Of a stretch of DNA of 64,000 nucleotides, positions 1 through 13,196 are shown one piece after another (position 1 is the stretch's first letter; each line of letters begins with the position of its first letter). Position numbers and translations under genes: made by a program. The stretch is from the human T2T-CHM13v2.0 reference genome, Homo sapiens. The DNA lies in assembly GCF_009914755.1 (NCBI RefSeq), contig NC_060940.1. One strand, written 5' to 3'. The notes below the pieces were generated by a model. It worked only from the letters and a program-made list of their open reading frames with translations, did no database searches and was not told the DNA's origin.

Positions 1-272
<272 letters not shown>

Positions 273-939
273 TGAGCGTTTACTATGTGGCCAGTGCTAG
301 GCTTAGCAGTTTATAAGCTATCATTCCCTTTCACACTTCCGAGAACCCAGGGGTCTAGAACACACCCATCAGCTGGAGGCGACCCGGCGTGGCGCAGGGA
401 GGCCTGGTCCTGAGCCCACACTGATCCCATGACTACCCTGTGCCCAGCACTGTGCTAGGTGCCCACATGAGAGGACACACAGTAGCGGCTTATGATTCCT
501 GTCCTCTGTCTGCACAAATGGGGACAGATGACCCCCCAGTATGCAGGCGTCCAATTAAGCCACGTGAGATGGTCATTTCTGTAAGGCAAAAGCAGATGGG
601 TGCCTGTGATTTCATATGGTTCTTCCTGGTATCCTGCATATGAGTAATATTCCGAGTCAGACGAGATAAGAAGAGGGGAAAGGACAGATAAAAAGAGAAG
701 CGCTATCACAGGGCTGTGCCTGGTGAATCGCCCAGGAAGCGCCACAGATGGCAGCGCAGTTCTTCAGACGTGCAAGCAGCAGACCCAACAGGCGGCTCAG
801 CACCCCTGAGCGCCCACAAGCACCCACCACTCAAGTTCGCCCCCAGGCCACGTAGCAATCTGTGCTACATTCACTCATCCATCTGACCTAGTTCTTAGCA
901 ATCTCAGAATCTCAGTCGCGTCGTCAGATGTTCCCTCTG

Positions 940-1120
940 TCTGGGTTTTAATCCCGGCTCGTCTATCTTCCGGCCGTGTGACCACAGGCAAGTAACTTAA
1001 CCTCTCTGTGCCCATTTCCTCAAGTATAAAAGGAGGAAAAGAGTGGCACTTACCTCGCTAAAGCTGTTGTGAGGCTGTTGTGAAAGCTCTCAGTACAATT
1101 CCTGGCACAGAGTAAGCTCT
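940..1120 (+). mobile_element. MIR SINE
   Basis: tgtgacc..ggcaagtaacttaacctctctgtg MIR core. Confidence 0.75.
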
Positions 1121-1315
1121 GAGCAGTTGTTCATTCCTTCTTTTTAAAAGTATTATTAGGCACAGTGTCTGGCACAGGCTAAGGGCTTAATAAATATTTA
1201 TTTTTATGAATGAAGGATAAATGAATGAATGCGCCACATCTAGATCAAAGCCCTCCACAGTAGTGTCCCCCACCTGAAAAGGCCACCCCCTTTAACCTCC
1301 ACCCTCTCTCCCCAG

Positions 1316-1452
1316 GTAACGGCCCCTCTGGTATCTGCCTGTCCTACCTGCTCTCCGGCTACACACCCTACACGAAGCCAGATGCCATCCACCCACACCC
1401 CCTGCTGCAGAGGAAGCTCACCGAGGCCCCGGGGGTCTCCATCCTGGACCAG
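1316..1452 (+). CDS. OSGIN1: OSGIN1 internal coding exon (GNGPSGICLSYLLSGY...SILDQ), FAD-binding GxGxxG motif
   Basis: cccag|GT acceptor, CAG|gtgggt donor; 137 nt, phase 1 to 0; translation matches recalled OSGIN1; upstream exons lie outside the window. Confidence 0.95.
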
Positions 1453-1663
1453 GTGGGTCAGCCTGGGGCCAGAGCTCTGGGTAGTACATACCCGCCCTTG
1501 GAAAACTACCGCCGCTTTCCCAGGGAAAAACAGAAGTGTGTGTTTGCTGGAAACAAGACTAAACAAAGAATTCGAGAGTCCACAAAGTCAGCCACGGAGA
1601 TCGTGAAAGAGAAATCAGAGACCCACAAATGCCACACGATCTAGGGCTCACTATGCCCTAGGC

Positions 1664-1950
1664 CGGTTGTTCTCAAGGAGGGGATGATTTTTCTCCTCGG
1701 GGGGCACCTGGCAATGTCTGGAGACAATTTGGGTTGTCATGGCAGGGTGACGGTACTACCAAATCTAGCAGGGTGGAGGCCAGGGATGCTGGCAAACATC
1801 CAGCACTGCACAGGACAACGAGGGTGGTGAGACTGAAATATGTGTGGTGGAGCTTCTCAACCTTGGCCCCACTGACATTTGGATGACTTTGTTCTGGCTA
1901 CAAAGAATGATCTGGCTCAAATGTCAGTGCGGCCAAGGTTGAGAAACTCC
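1664..1950 (+). mobile_element. MER20 (hAT) DNA transposon interrupted by an inverted copy of its own 3' end
   Basis: ggcaatgtctggagaca...ggccagggatgctg...aaagaat..aatgtca...aggttgagaaac motifs. Confidence 0.8.
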
Positions 1951-2146
1951 ACCACAGATATTTCAGTCCCACTACCTCCTGCCCACAAGGGTTTGCAAAT
2001 CCTCCCTCCGTACCCCTTGTCTTCCACTGTGCTCCTCGACGACCTCCCCTTGTCGACCTCCCTCGTCAGGCAGTGTACATCCTCCTGTTCCCTTCCCGCC
2101 CCTGAGTTGGAGATGAGGAAATAGGTCTTGACCATTTGATCTAGAT

Positions 2147-2358
2147 CAGCATTTTTCAAAGTGCTCTCTATAGAATACTAGTTCCTCAGTATAATATAGA
2201 GAGAAAAATGTCCCCACTCCAGTAAAACAGGGACACACTGGGTTTGGCAAAATTAAACAGGTAAATGATGGCTGCAGGACTTGTCAGAGCCTTTAATATG
2301 CCCGTCTGTGTTATCTGCTGTTAAGAGGCAGCACCTCCCAAGCTGATCTGACCACACT
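2147..2358 (+). mobile_element. MER103-like hAT element
   Basis: ttaaacagg..ctgcaggactt.tcagagcctttaatatgc motif. Confidence 0.65.
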
Positions 2359-2624
2359 GATATTAGGGTAGGGATGTAGGACCAGGCAATCGCTCCAGTC
2401 TCACCCAAGCTTGCGCATTTGGTCTGTACTCTGGGGCCCTTGGCCTCCTAGAAAGACCTCAAAACGAGAGCTTCAAACTACCCCCAGGGTGCGCATCTCT
2501 CTGAGACCCTCCAGTGCCAGGGAAATGGCCCGGCCCCAGTCCCCACGTTCCTGCCCAGCCTCAGGCTCTGGGAAGAAGACCCCGCCCTCCTCCAGCAGCC
2601 CCTCTGACCTATGCCCCCCTCCAG

Positions 2625-2816
2625 GACCTGGACTACCTGTCCGAAGGCCTCGAAGGCCGATCCCAAAGCCCCGTGGCCCTGCTCTTTGATGCCCTTCTAC
2701 GCCCAGACACAGACTTTGGGGGAAACATGAAGTCGGTCCTCACCTGGAAGCACCGGAAGGAGCACGCCATCCCCCACGTGGTTCTGGGCCGGAACCTCCC
2801 CGGGGGAGCCTGGCAC
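2625..2816 (+). CDS. OSGIN1: OSGIN1 internal coding exon (DLDYLSEGLEGRS...PGGAWH)
   Basis: ccag|GAC, CAC|gtgagt; 192 nt, phase 0/0; inside ORF 2514..3209. Confidence 0.96.
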
Positions 2817-3036
2817 GTGAGTGGGGCAGCGAGGGCATGGCTTGTGGGGGGCTCTCTCCCTCGTTCTCCCCACTTGGGGCTGGGACTCTGGCATCTCCCT
2901 TTCCTCATTCTCCACCCCGCAACCCTGCCTCTCCCTCCTCCCTCTACCCAGCCCCAGCAAAGGCCTCCCATGCCCTCTAGCCCCAAATGGGTTCAGGCAA
3001 GCAGAGGCCTGGACCAAAGGGTTCCTTTCCCTGCAG

Positions 3037-3128
3037 TCCATCGAAGGCTCCATGGTGATCCTGAGCCAAGGCCAGTGGATGGGGCTCCCGGACCTGGAGG
3101 TCAAGGACTGGATGCAGAAGAAGCGAAG
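3037..3128 (+). CDS. OSGIN1: OSGIN1 penultimate coding exon (SIEGSMVILSQGQWMGLP...KKR)
   Basis: ctgcag|TCC, AG|gtgagg; 92 nt, phase 0 to 2. Confidence 0.96.
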
Positions 3129-3173
3129 GTGAGGCCGCCCCGGAACGCCTTGGGGGACACGGAAGGTTGGGCC

Positions 3174-3615
3174 TGTGAACCCAGAAAATCTGAGACAGGT
3201 CTCAGTTAATTTAGAAAGTTTATTTTTCCAAGGTTGAGGACGCGCCCGTGACAGCCTCAGGAAGTCCTAATGACATGTGCCCAAGGTGATCCGGCACAGC
3301 TTGGTTTTATACATTTTAGGGAGACATGAGACATCAATCAATATTTGTAAGAAGTACATTGGTTCGGTCTGGAAAGCTGGGCCAGCTTGAAGCAAAGGCA
3401 GGAAGTGGGGAGGGGGCTTCCAGGTCGCAGGTAGGTGAGAGATAAACAGTTGCATTCTTTTGAGGTTCTGATGAGCCTCTCCAAATGAGGCGATCAGATA
3501 CGCATCTATCTCAGGGAGCAGAGGGGTGACTTGGAATGGAATGGGAGGCAGGGTGGCCCTCAGCAGTTCTCAGCTTGACTTTTCCCTTTAGCTTAGTGAT
3601 TTGGGGGATTTCACA
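3174..3615 (-). mobile_element. MER4A-type ERV1 solo LTR
   Basis: TG...CA ends, 4-bp TSD GGCC on both sides, MER4A consensus motifs. Confidence 0.85.
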
Positions 3616-4240
3616 GGCCCCCCACAGTGAGCCCGTGAGCCAGAGGTACAGGGGCTTCAGAGTGCATCTGGTCTGTCTTCCTCTTCTTCCAGAGGGGGAA
3701 ACTGAGGCTCAGATAGGGAAAGGACTTGTCCACCCCACATGAGTGGGGGTGAGCAGCAGAGCTGGGCTCACCCGAGGACCCCCTGTCCCGTGCAAGCAGC
3801 AGACCGCCCTGTCACATGGCCCCCAACTGGGCCTCCCCATAGTGCCCCAGCCTCTAAGGAGGGGGTAACACCTGGCCCCTGAGCCCCACGCCCTGCCCCG
3901 TGCCTCTGGCACAGGTCCCCCAGTCCTTGTGGTCTCCCTTCAGCCCTTTCCTCTATTCTGAGCCTGGCCTAGAACAATCTTTCTGGGTCAGCTAATAGGG
4001 TGACTTTCTTTTTTCTTTTCTTTTTTTTTTTTTTAATGCTTTTGCTACAGGTGAGTTTCATCCTTAACCATGAGCCCCCAAGTTGGGTAAATTAACTCAC
4101 CTAAGGTCATGCAGGTTATTGGAAATGCAGAAGGAAAACAGCTCACCCCAAACCCACACTTCTCCACGCCCTTTCACTCCTGGGGTATTTTTTCCCCATC
4201 TGGCTTCCTGCCCCATCATGGCCACCCTAGAGAAAAGGTT

Positions 4241-5007
<767 letters not shown>

Positions 5008-6077
5008 GTTTCAATCACTGAATAAAGGAGTTCTAGTCCCTGCTCCTCCTGGGGTGCATCCACTCAATGAGAAGCTGCCCCAGCGCAGATACCTGGGTGC
5101 AGTCTGCCTCTCGGGAAGCCCTGCTTCCTCCGCCCCCAGGGCTGTGACCAGGCCTGTGTCCCCAACGGCAGGCACTCCAGGCGTCCCCCTCCAGGCCTCA
5201 CTATCTCTTTGATGCGAAGACTCTTCTGCATGTTTGGCAGGAAGACTTCCAGGTTTGTGTAGCTACATGTTAGTAGGCAGCCAGAAACTTACATTTCGCT
5301 TGTAAGCACAGCCTTTTATAGGCTCATTTTGCATTTTCACATTGTATCCCAAGCGTTTCATGTGGTGAAGTCACAGCGTTCAAAACCATCCTTTTACATG
5401 GCCTCACAATATTCCCAAAGGCGAGTGAGCATCCCCAGTCCAGCAAATCTTCACCGAATGCTTATTATGTGCCAGGCCTTGGGCTTAGACGTCAGAGCAC
5501 AAAACCACCGCAGACACACCCCCTGCCTCATGGCACTGCCAAGGTTACCCAGCCCCTGCCAGCCCTGGAGCATTCATTCTTTCCATTGTGTCATTATTAT
5601 AAATAACTCTGCACAGAACATGCTCTTGGGACCGTTCTGTGTCACAATCTTTACAAAAACTGAGAAAAGAATGACTGCCCACAGAGATAAATTCCAGGGT
5701 CGCAGACGGGCTGCGCTGGGTTGACTGGCACGGCCTTGGGGGTCCATTGTCAGCTCCTGCTACATGTAGCCGGACGGCAGGTGGCACAGGATTCTCCCGT
5801 ATGGGAGTTCATCTTGAACCATGAGCCCACAAGCTGGGTAGATTAACTCATCTAAGGTCACACAGTGAGATACAGGAAGGTGCTAGAATGATGCAAAGCC
5901 TGTCATTCAACCGCCACAAGAATGGGCCTGCAGTCACTGCCCCTGGAAAGAGTGACAATCCAAACAACAACAACAATAATAGAATACCTCCTGCTGCTGC
6001 GTGGGCTGGGAACGATGGTGAGTGCGTCACATGGGAGTCTTTAAATCAACTTTAAATCAACTTTTTGACTACATATA

Positions 6078-6403
6078 GGCTGGGTGCGGTGGCGCAAGCC
6101 TGTAATCCCAGCACTTTGGGAGGCCGAGGCTGGTGGATCACTTGAGGTCAAGAGTTCGAAACCATCCTGGCCAACATGGCAAAACCCCATCTCTAATAAA
6201 AATACAAAAATTAGCCAGGTATGGCGCTGCATGCCTGTAGTTCCAGCTGCTCAGGAGGCCGAGGTATGAGAATCACCTGAGCCCGGGAGGCAGGGGCTGC
6301 AGCGAGCTGAGATCACACCACGGCACTCCAGCCTGGGCAGCAGAGTGAGACTCTGTCTCAAAAAATTAAAATAAAATAAAATAAAATAAAATAAAATAAT
6401 AAA
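6078..6403 (+). mobile_element. Alu with (AAAAT)n tail, inserted in an old antisense L1 fragment (~6050-6640)
   Basis: Alu consensus; flanking repeat ctacatata. Confidence 0.92.
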
Positions 6404-7117
6404 TTGGCTACATATAGAAAAGTACGTAACTCCTGTGAGTACAGGTTGATGAAATTTCTCAAGGTAAGCACAGAGAATGAAGAAGCAGGCCCCCTCCCAG
6501 AAGCCCCCATGCCCTTTCTGATCAGGATCCCATTCCCCATCCCCGGAGGTAACCCCTCTCTTGACATCCAGCTCCATAGATGAGTTCTGCCTGTTTCTGA
6601 ACTCTGTAAAAATGGAATCATACCATATTTAATCATTTGAGGTGACAATCATGGTGGCCTATCCTTACATGGCACTTACTTCCAGTCAGGTTCCATCCTA
6701 AGCACTTTGTGTTTGTCAGCTCACCAAATCCTCCCCACGACCTCACGAAATAGGTCCTGCCACCAACATCTTCCTCATTTTGCAAACTGGGGAAACAGAC
6801 ACAGCTCCCTGATGGCAGAGTCAGGATTCGAGCCCAGGCAGCGGGGCTCTGGAGGCTGCCCTCTGAACCCCACCCTACACCACCCTAGAGCATCCTACAC
6901 CACCCTACACCACCTCTCCTGAGGGAGGCACCCTTGTTAGCTCCATTTTACAGAAGAGGAGACTGAGGCTTAGAGAGGTTGAATTACCTGGCCTAGTCCT
7001 ACAGCTACAGCCTAGTCCAGCTCCAGGGCCTGACACTGCCCTGGACATCTCCCGTCCCACCCAGCCCCCCAACCCCTAACAGTGTCTGACTCTGGCGTCC
7101 TGCATCCTCCCCAACAG

Positions 7118-8063
7118 AGGTCTTCGCAACAGCCGGGCCACTGCCGGGGACATCGCCCACTACTACAGGGACTACGTGGTCAAGAAGGGTCTGGGGCATA
7201 ACTTTGTGTCCGGTGCTGTAGTCACAGCCGTGGAGTGGGGGACCCCCGATCCCAGCAGCTGTGGGGCCCAGGACTCCAGCCCCCTCTTCCAGGTGAGCGG
7301 CTTCCTGACCAGGAACCAGGCCCAGCAGCCCTTCTCGCTGTGGGCCCGCAACGTGGTCCTCGCCACAGGCACGTTCGACAGCCCGGCCCGGCTGGGCATC
7401 CCCGGGGAGGCCCTGCCCTTCATCCACCATGAGCTGTCTGCCCTGGAGGCCGCCACAAGGGTGGGTGCGGTGACCCCGGCCTCAGACCCTGTCCTCATCA
7501 TTGGCGCGGGGCTGTCAGCGGCCGACGCGGTCCTCTACGCCCGCCACTACAACATCCCGGTGATCCATGCCTTCCGCCGGGCCGTGGACGACCCTGGCCT
7601 GGTGTTCAACCAGCTGCCCAAGATGCTGTACCCCGAGTACCACAAGGTGCACCAGATGATGCGGGAGCAGTCCATCCTGTCGCCCAGCCCCTATGAGGGT
7701 TACCGCAGCCTCCCCAGGCACCAGCTGCTGTGCTTCAAGGAAGACTGCCAGGCCGTGTTCCAGGACCTCGAGGGTGTCGAGAAGGTGTTTGGGGTCTCCC
7801 TGGTGCTGGTCCTCATCGGCTCCCACCCCGACCTCTCCTTCCTGCCTGGGGCAGGGGCTGACTTTGCAGTGGATCCTGACCAGCCGCTGAGCGCCAAGAG
7901 GAACCCCATTGACGTGGACCCCTTCACCTACCAGAGCACCCGCCAGGAGGGCCTGTACGCCATGGGGCCGCTGGCCGGGGACAACTTCGTGAGGTTTGTG
8001 CAGGGGGGCGCCTTGGCTGTGGCCAGCTCCCTGCTAAGGAAGGAGACCAGGAAGCCACCCTAA
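7118..8063 (+). CDS. OSGIN1: OSGIN1 last coding exon (GLRNSRATAGDIAHYY...KETRKPP*), oxidative stress-induced growth inhibitor 1
   Basis: aacag|A completes the AGA codon; continues into ORF 7176..8063; LATG, IIGAGLSA and YAMGP flavoprotein motifs; TAA at 8061-8063. Confidence 0.97.
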
Positions 8064-8366
8064 CACTCGGCCAGACCCGCTGGCTCCCAGGCCCTGAGAG
8101 GACAGAGATGACCACATCCCTGCTGGATGCAGGACCCGTCCAAAGATGCCCCGGGGAGGGGTGTCAGCCCACGTTGCTGGCCTTTGGGGTCAAGAGGAGT
8201 AGGGATCCCAGGCTGCCCTGGACTTAGACCAGTGTCTGAGGTGGTAACAGCGGCCGCAGGCCAGGGTTGGCCTAGACCTGGGATTTGTGGGGAAAGCTGC
8301 TGGTGTGACCAGCTGAGCACCCAGCCAGGAGACCTGCAGCCCTGCGCCTTCCAGAAGCAGGTCCCA

Positions 8367-8372
8367 AATAAA
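8367..8372 (+). terminator. OSGIN1: OSGIN1 polyadenylation signal AATAAA
   Basis: AATAAA about 300 nt after the stop codon. Confidence 0.85.
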
Positions 8373-8932
8373 GCCAGTGCCCACCTGCTCTCATGCGTCT
8401 GAGGACTCTGTGCTCGGAGGGAGCTGCGTTCCCGGAACCCTGCACTGGGCTGGGGGGAAGGGAGGAAAGGGGATTGTGGGAGGAGTCCTGGGGCATGTGG
8501 TCCTGGATGAGGTCCATGGCTGGGGCCTTGGGGTACAAAGGATGGTGCCCCAAGTGTGGGGGCAGTTGAGCGGGCAGCTGTACTAGAGTCTGGGGGTGGG
8601 AGTGGCGGGTGTGTGCAGGCAGTGATGTCCAGGAGGGCGCTGCAGCCCCGCCCCCTCCGCAGCCTGTCCCAGGCCTCCCTCCTCTCTGTTCTGCCATGCG
8701 GCCTCCTTTCAGTCCCTCCTGCTGGCCAGGTCTCTGCCTGCCCCAAGGCCTTTGCACAGAGAGTCCCCAGCCCAGGACAGTTTCCCGCCTTTCTTTAACT
8801 CCTTTTCCTTGGGATGTCTCAGCATAAGAATCACTTCCTCTAGGAAGCCTCTTCTGACACAAACCCCTCCACTGCCGTCACAGCAAATACTCCTTTCATG
8901 GTCTAAGGTGCTACCTTTTCATAGCAGTGCAG

Positions 8933-9225
8933 TTTTTTTTTCTTTTTTTTGAGACAGAGTCTCATTTTGTCACCCAGGCTGGAGTGCTGTGGCGCTTGGT
9001 TCACTACAACCTCTGCTTCTGGGTTGAAATGATTCTCCTGTCTCAGCCTCCCAAGTAGCTGGGATTACAGGTGACTGCCACCTCGCCCAGCTAGTTATTG
9101 TATTTTTAATAGAGACGGGGTTTCACCATGTTGGCCAGGCTGGTCTTGAACTCCTGACCTCAAGTGATCCGCCCTCTTTGGCTCCCCAAAGTGTTGGTAT
9201 CACAGGCATGAGCCACCACACCCTT
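8933..9225 (-). mobile_element. Alu
   Basis: Alu consensus in antisense with poly-T. Confidence 0.93.
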
Positions 9226-9410
9226 CCAGCAGTTCAGTTTTAATTGTTCATTTGTTTGTGGAATCATTTCAGTGTTTGGCTCTGCCCACTTGGATGTAAG
9301 CTCCAGGAGCTCTGGGAGACCAAGTACACCATCTGTTTTGCCCATTGCTGGAACTCCGTGGTTGGGCACCTGCCTGGCACCTAGTGGGTTCTCCTTAATT
9401 CATCTTTTAA

Positions 9411-9751
9411 ATGGATGGGTGGATGGATGGATGGGAGGATGGGTGGGTGGGTGGACAGATGGATAGATGAGAGGATGGTTGGATGGATGGGAGGATGGTG
9501 GGTGGGTGGATGGATGGATGGATGGATGGGAGGGAGGGGGGTGGGTGGGTGGGTGGATGGATGGGAGGGAGGATGGATGGATGGATGGGAGGGAGGGAGG
9601 ATAGATGGATGGATGGAAGGATGGTGGGTGGATGGATGGGAGGGTGTGTAGGTGGGTGGATGGATGGATGGATGAGAGGGTAGGGGGGTGGATAGATGGA
9701 TAGATGGGAGGGTGGGTGGGTGGATGGACAGACAGATGGGCGGGCGGGCAG

Positions 9752-9787
<36 letters not shown>

Positions 9788-10098
9788 ATGGATGGATGGA
9801 TGGGAGGGTGGATGGATGGATGGATGGAGGGTGGATGGATGGATGCCAGGGAGGGAGGATGAGTGGGTGGGTGAATGGATGGATGGATGGGAGGATGCTG
9901 GGTGGGTGGATGGATGGATGGATGAATGGTTGGGAGGGTGGGTGGATGGATGGACGGACAGTCGGCCGGCCGGATGGATGGATGGGAGGATGGGTGGATG
10001 GATGTATAGATGGATTGATGGACGGGTAGGCAGGTGGATGGATGGATGGATGGATGGACGGACAGGTGGGTGGGTGGATAGATGGATGGGTGGATGGA
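9411..10098 (+). repeat. Degenerate (GGAT/GGGT)n simple repeat, ~690 bp
   Basis: Directly visible tetranucleotide array. Confidence 0.97.
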
Positions 10099-10149
10099 GT
10101 ATGAAGGAAAGATGTTCTGGGGTGAAGACTGGTTCTGGGAGTTTTGTAA

Positions 10150-11320
10150 CCAAGGGGGCGGCCTGAGGGGGCGTGCACGCCCGCGGGAGTTAAGGATGGG
10201 CGCCCGCGGGCGTGACGGGGCCGCGGGGCGTGGGCGCCGCTCCCCGGGGCTGGAGCCGGCAGAGGGCGCTCCGGGCTCGCTGGACACCCGCGCTTCGGCC
10301 TCTGCTGCGCGCCGCGAGTGGGAGGGGGGACTTTAGAAGCGGGGAGAGCAGGAGACTTTTGGGGAGCAGGCCCCAGGGGCGCCGCCCCGCCCCCAGGCCC
10401 CACATACCCCTCCCCTCCGGGTAGCCCCCTCTGTGGCTGCGCCCGCGCCCCTCGCCCCGGCGGGCAGTCCTCAGGCCCCGCGCCCGGCCGGCGGGGGTGG
10501 GGGCGGCGGGGAGCGGGCACGTGGCTCGGGGTCCGGCCGGCCCGCCCCCCGGCGCCGGCCAGTCCCCGCGGTGTCCGCGGCCGCGGGGGCAGCGGGAGAG
10601 AGGGCGGGGCGGCGCGGGCAGCGCGGGGAGGGGGTCGCGCGGGGGCGGGCCGCAGCTGGGCGGGGGTCGGCGGGCTTCCGGGCGGCGGCGGCGGGCGCGG
10701 CGCGATGTGCGAGCGGGCGGCGCGCCTGTGCAGGGCCGGCGCGCACAGGCTGCTCCGGGAGCCGCCGCAGCAGGGCCGGGCGCTGGGCGGGCTGCTGCGC
10801 TGGGTGGGCGCCAGGATGGGCGAGCCCCGGGAGTCGCTGGCCCCCGCCGCCCCCGCGGACCCCGGCCCAGCCTCGCCGCGCGGGGGCACCGCCGTCATCC
10901 TGGACGTGAGTACGCGCCGGCCGGGACCCCCGCCGTGGCCTCCGCTGGGACCCGGAGCCCCCTCCGCCCCTCGGGCGGACCCCGACGCCGCGACCCGCGA
11001 GGCCCTCCCTACCCGGGCAGGAGACCCCCGGCCCCTCCGCGTGCCGGAGCGGGAGCCCCCAGCCCCGCCACGTCCAGGCCGGTCTCCAGCCCAGTCCTCT
11101 CCCTGGACCGGGAGACCCCCCTCCTCCGCCCCTCCACCGGCGCTTCTCGGAGTCCCTGCCTGCCCACAGTGGGGAGCCGTGAGCCCCCGGACCCGGCCAC
11201 TGTCCCCCTAGTTTTGTCCAAGCCAAACCCCCACCCTTTACCCCGCGGGACCGGAGCCCCTCGCCGCGTCCAGCCGCCTCCTCCTCTCCATCCCGGATCC
11301 TGTCCGGAGCGATACTTTTC
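10150..11320 (+). promoter_or_regulatory. NECAB2: CpG island / NECAB2 promoter and first exon
   Basis: Very GC- and CpG-rich, multiple GGGCGG/CCGCCC boxes, contains the ATG at 10705. Confidence 0.92.
10705..10905 (+). CDS. NECAB2: NECAB2 exon 1 CDS ([12 protein letters not shown]...TAVILD)
   Basis: ATG 10705; GAC|gtgagt donor; 201 nt. Confidence 0.94.
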
Positions 11321-12866
11321 TGAGACCCCTAACAACCCCTACCTCTAGCCCACCTCTCTTCGCCCTAGACCCTGAGCCCCCGTTCATCTCACGCTCAAAG
11401 ACCCTTTGCCCCAGCTACTGCCACTTTAAAAGTGAAGCCCCCTCCCCACCTTCTGTCTTCTCGTCTCCTTTCCATTGAGCCAGAGCCATCGCCCATCAGC
11501 CCTGAGCTGGTACCCCTCTGGTCTTCCCCACCCCGCCCCCTTCCATTCCAAGTCCTCTGTTCCCTTCCCCACACCCCTCTACCCTACAGAGAGCTGGGTC
11601 CTCTTCATGGACCAGACTCACCCCTCACCCCTCCTAACTCCCCTGGGACCCAAATCACCCATCTCTGGGAAGCCCACCTCACCCTCCCACCCGCCCCACC
11701 CGGGAGGGAGGAATCTTCAGGGGGCGGCTCGGAGGAGGAGGACTTCTCCCAGCAGAGAGTGCTAGGAGGAGGTGGAGGAGGCTTCTGGGGATGTTGACTG
11801 CGTGTTTCAGCGAGGGTCCTGCTGGGGTGGGGCTGGGGGCTGCCTCTGCCTGTGTGGTGGATTTCTGGGAGAGTGGTGGGTGTGTGTGAATGTGCACACG
11901 CGTGTATCGCGGATCCCTGTGAGTCGGGGGATTCCCTCCCTTCCTCTCTCCTCTTCCCTGCTCCTGGAACCCTTGGCCGGGGTCTGGGCTGGGAGGGCCG
12001 GCCAGAGCAGGGGGAGCTCTAGAGTGCCACACTCGCAGGCACACATTCACACACTCACGCACTCGCTTACGCACGCACACACAGCCAGAGACACACCCAT
12101 GCAGCCAAACCATCCCCTCCTCAGGACCCCCGCAGAGCTCCCACTGAAAGTCCTGGGCAGAGCCCTGCAGCCCCAAGCTGCCCTGCATGGAAGCCCTGCC
12201 CAGTCAGGGTGGGGGCTCTGAGGTTCCATCTCCTCACCTGCCAAAAGGAGTGATGAGCGGGGGGTGGGGCGGGAGGTGCTCATGCAGACTCCTGGAGCTG
12301 GCTGACATTACCAGGTGTCAGCCCTGCCATGTCACTCATGTGTTCAGCATTCCTGCCCAGAGCCGGCACCTACCTGGTGCCTGGCCTCAAGGGGGATCTG
12401 GGACACCCAGATAGGGACCCCAGTTTTGAGGAGCCTTGCCCAGTCAGGAACGGGGCTGCGGGGTGCCCAGGCTGGATCTTTGAGGAGGGCTTGGGGATCT
12501 GAGGTTCAGCCAGGAGGAGGGGTGATGTTTGAGAGGCCCTCCCATAGCTGTGCTTCAGTCTCACCGCCCAGGTGCCTAGAAATGACCAAGGGTGCCCCCT
12601 TTCTCGTTGCCTGGAGGGATGGGGGGCGAGGGCATCTGTCCTTTACCCCAAGGCGAGGACAGAGGGTGGAAGGGTCAGAGTGAGTATTACCTCCTCCTCC
12701 TCCATGGCTGACCTGGCCCCAGCAGCCCTCCCTGGTGTCGGGAAATGTGTACATGTTGCTGCCTCTCCCTGGGTCTCAGTACCCTCCTTGTTAAAACAAG
12801 CCACTGAGATTGGGGTGGGGGCCACCGCAGAAGCTGGGATCCTTCTCAGGCTTTAAAGTGCTGGTG

Positions 12867-13196
<330 letters not shown>

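Noticed and set aside
650-667. 18-nt resemblance to antisense 5S rRNA (ttccgag-tcagacgagat)
   Set aside because: Flanks do not continue the alignment; too short to call a pseudogene
10318-10704. Open in-frame stretch upstream of the NECAB2 ATG (non-AUG extension)
   Set aside because: Expected in extremely GC-rich DNA; neighbouring frames are similarly open
9381-10898. 505-aa and other long ORFs on both strands
   Set aside because: Produced by the stop-poor (GGAT)n repeat and CpG island; low-complexity HPSI/MDGW translations
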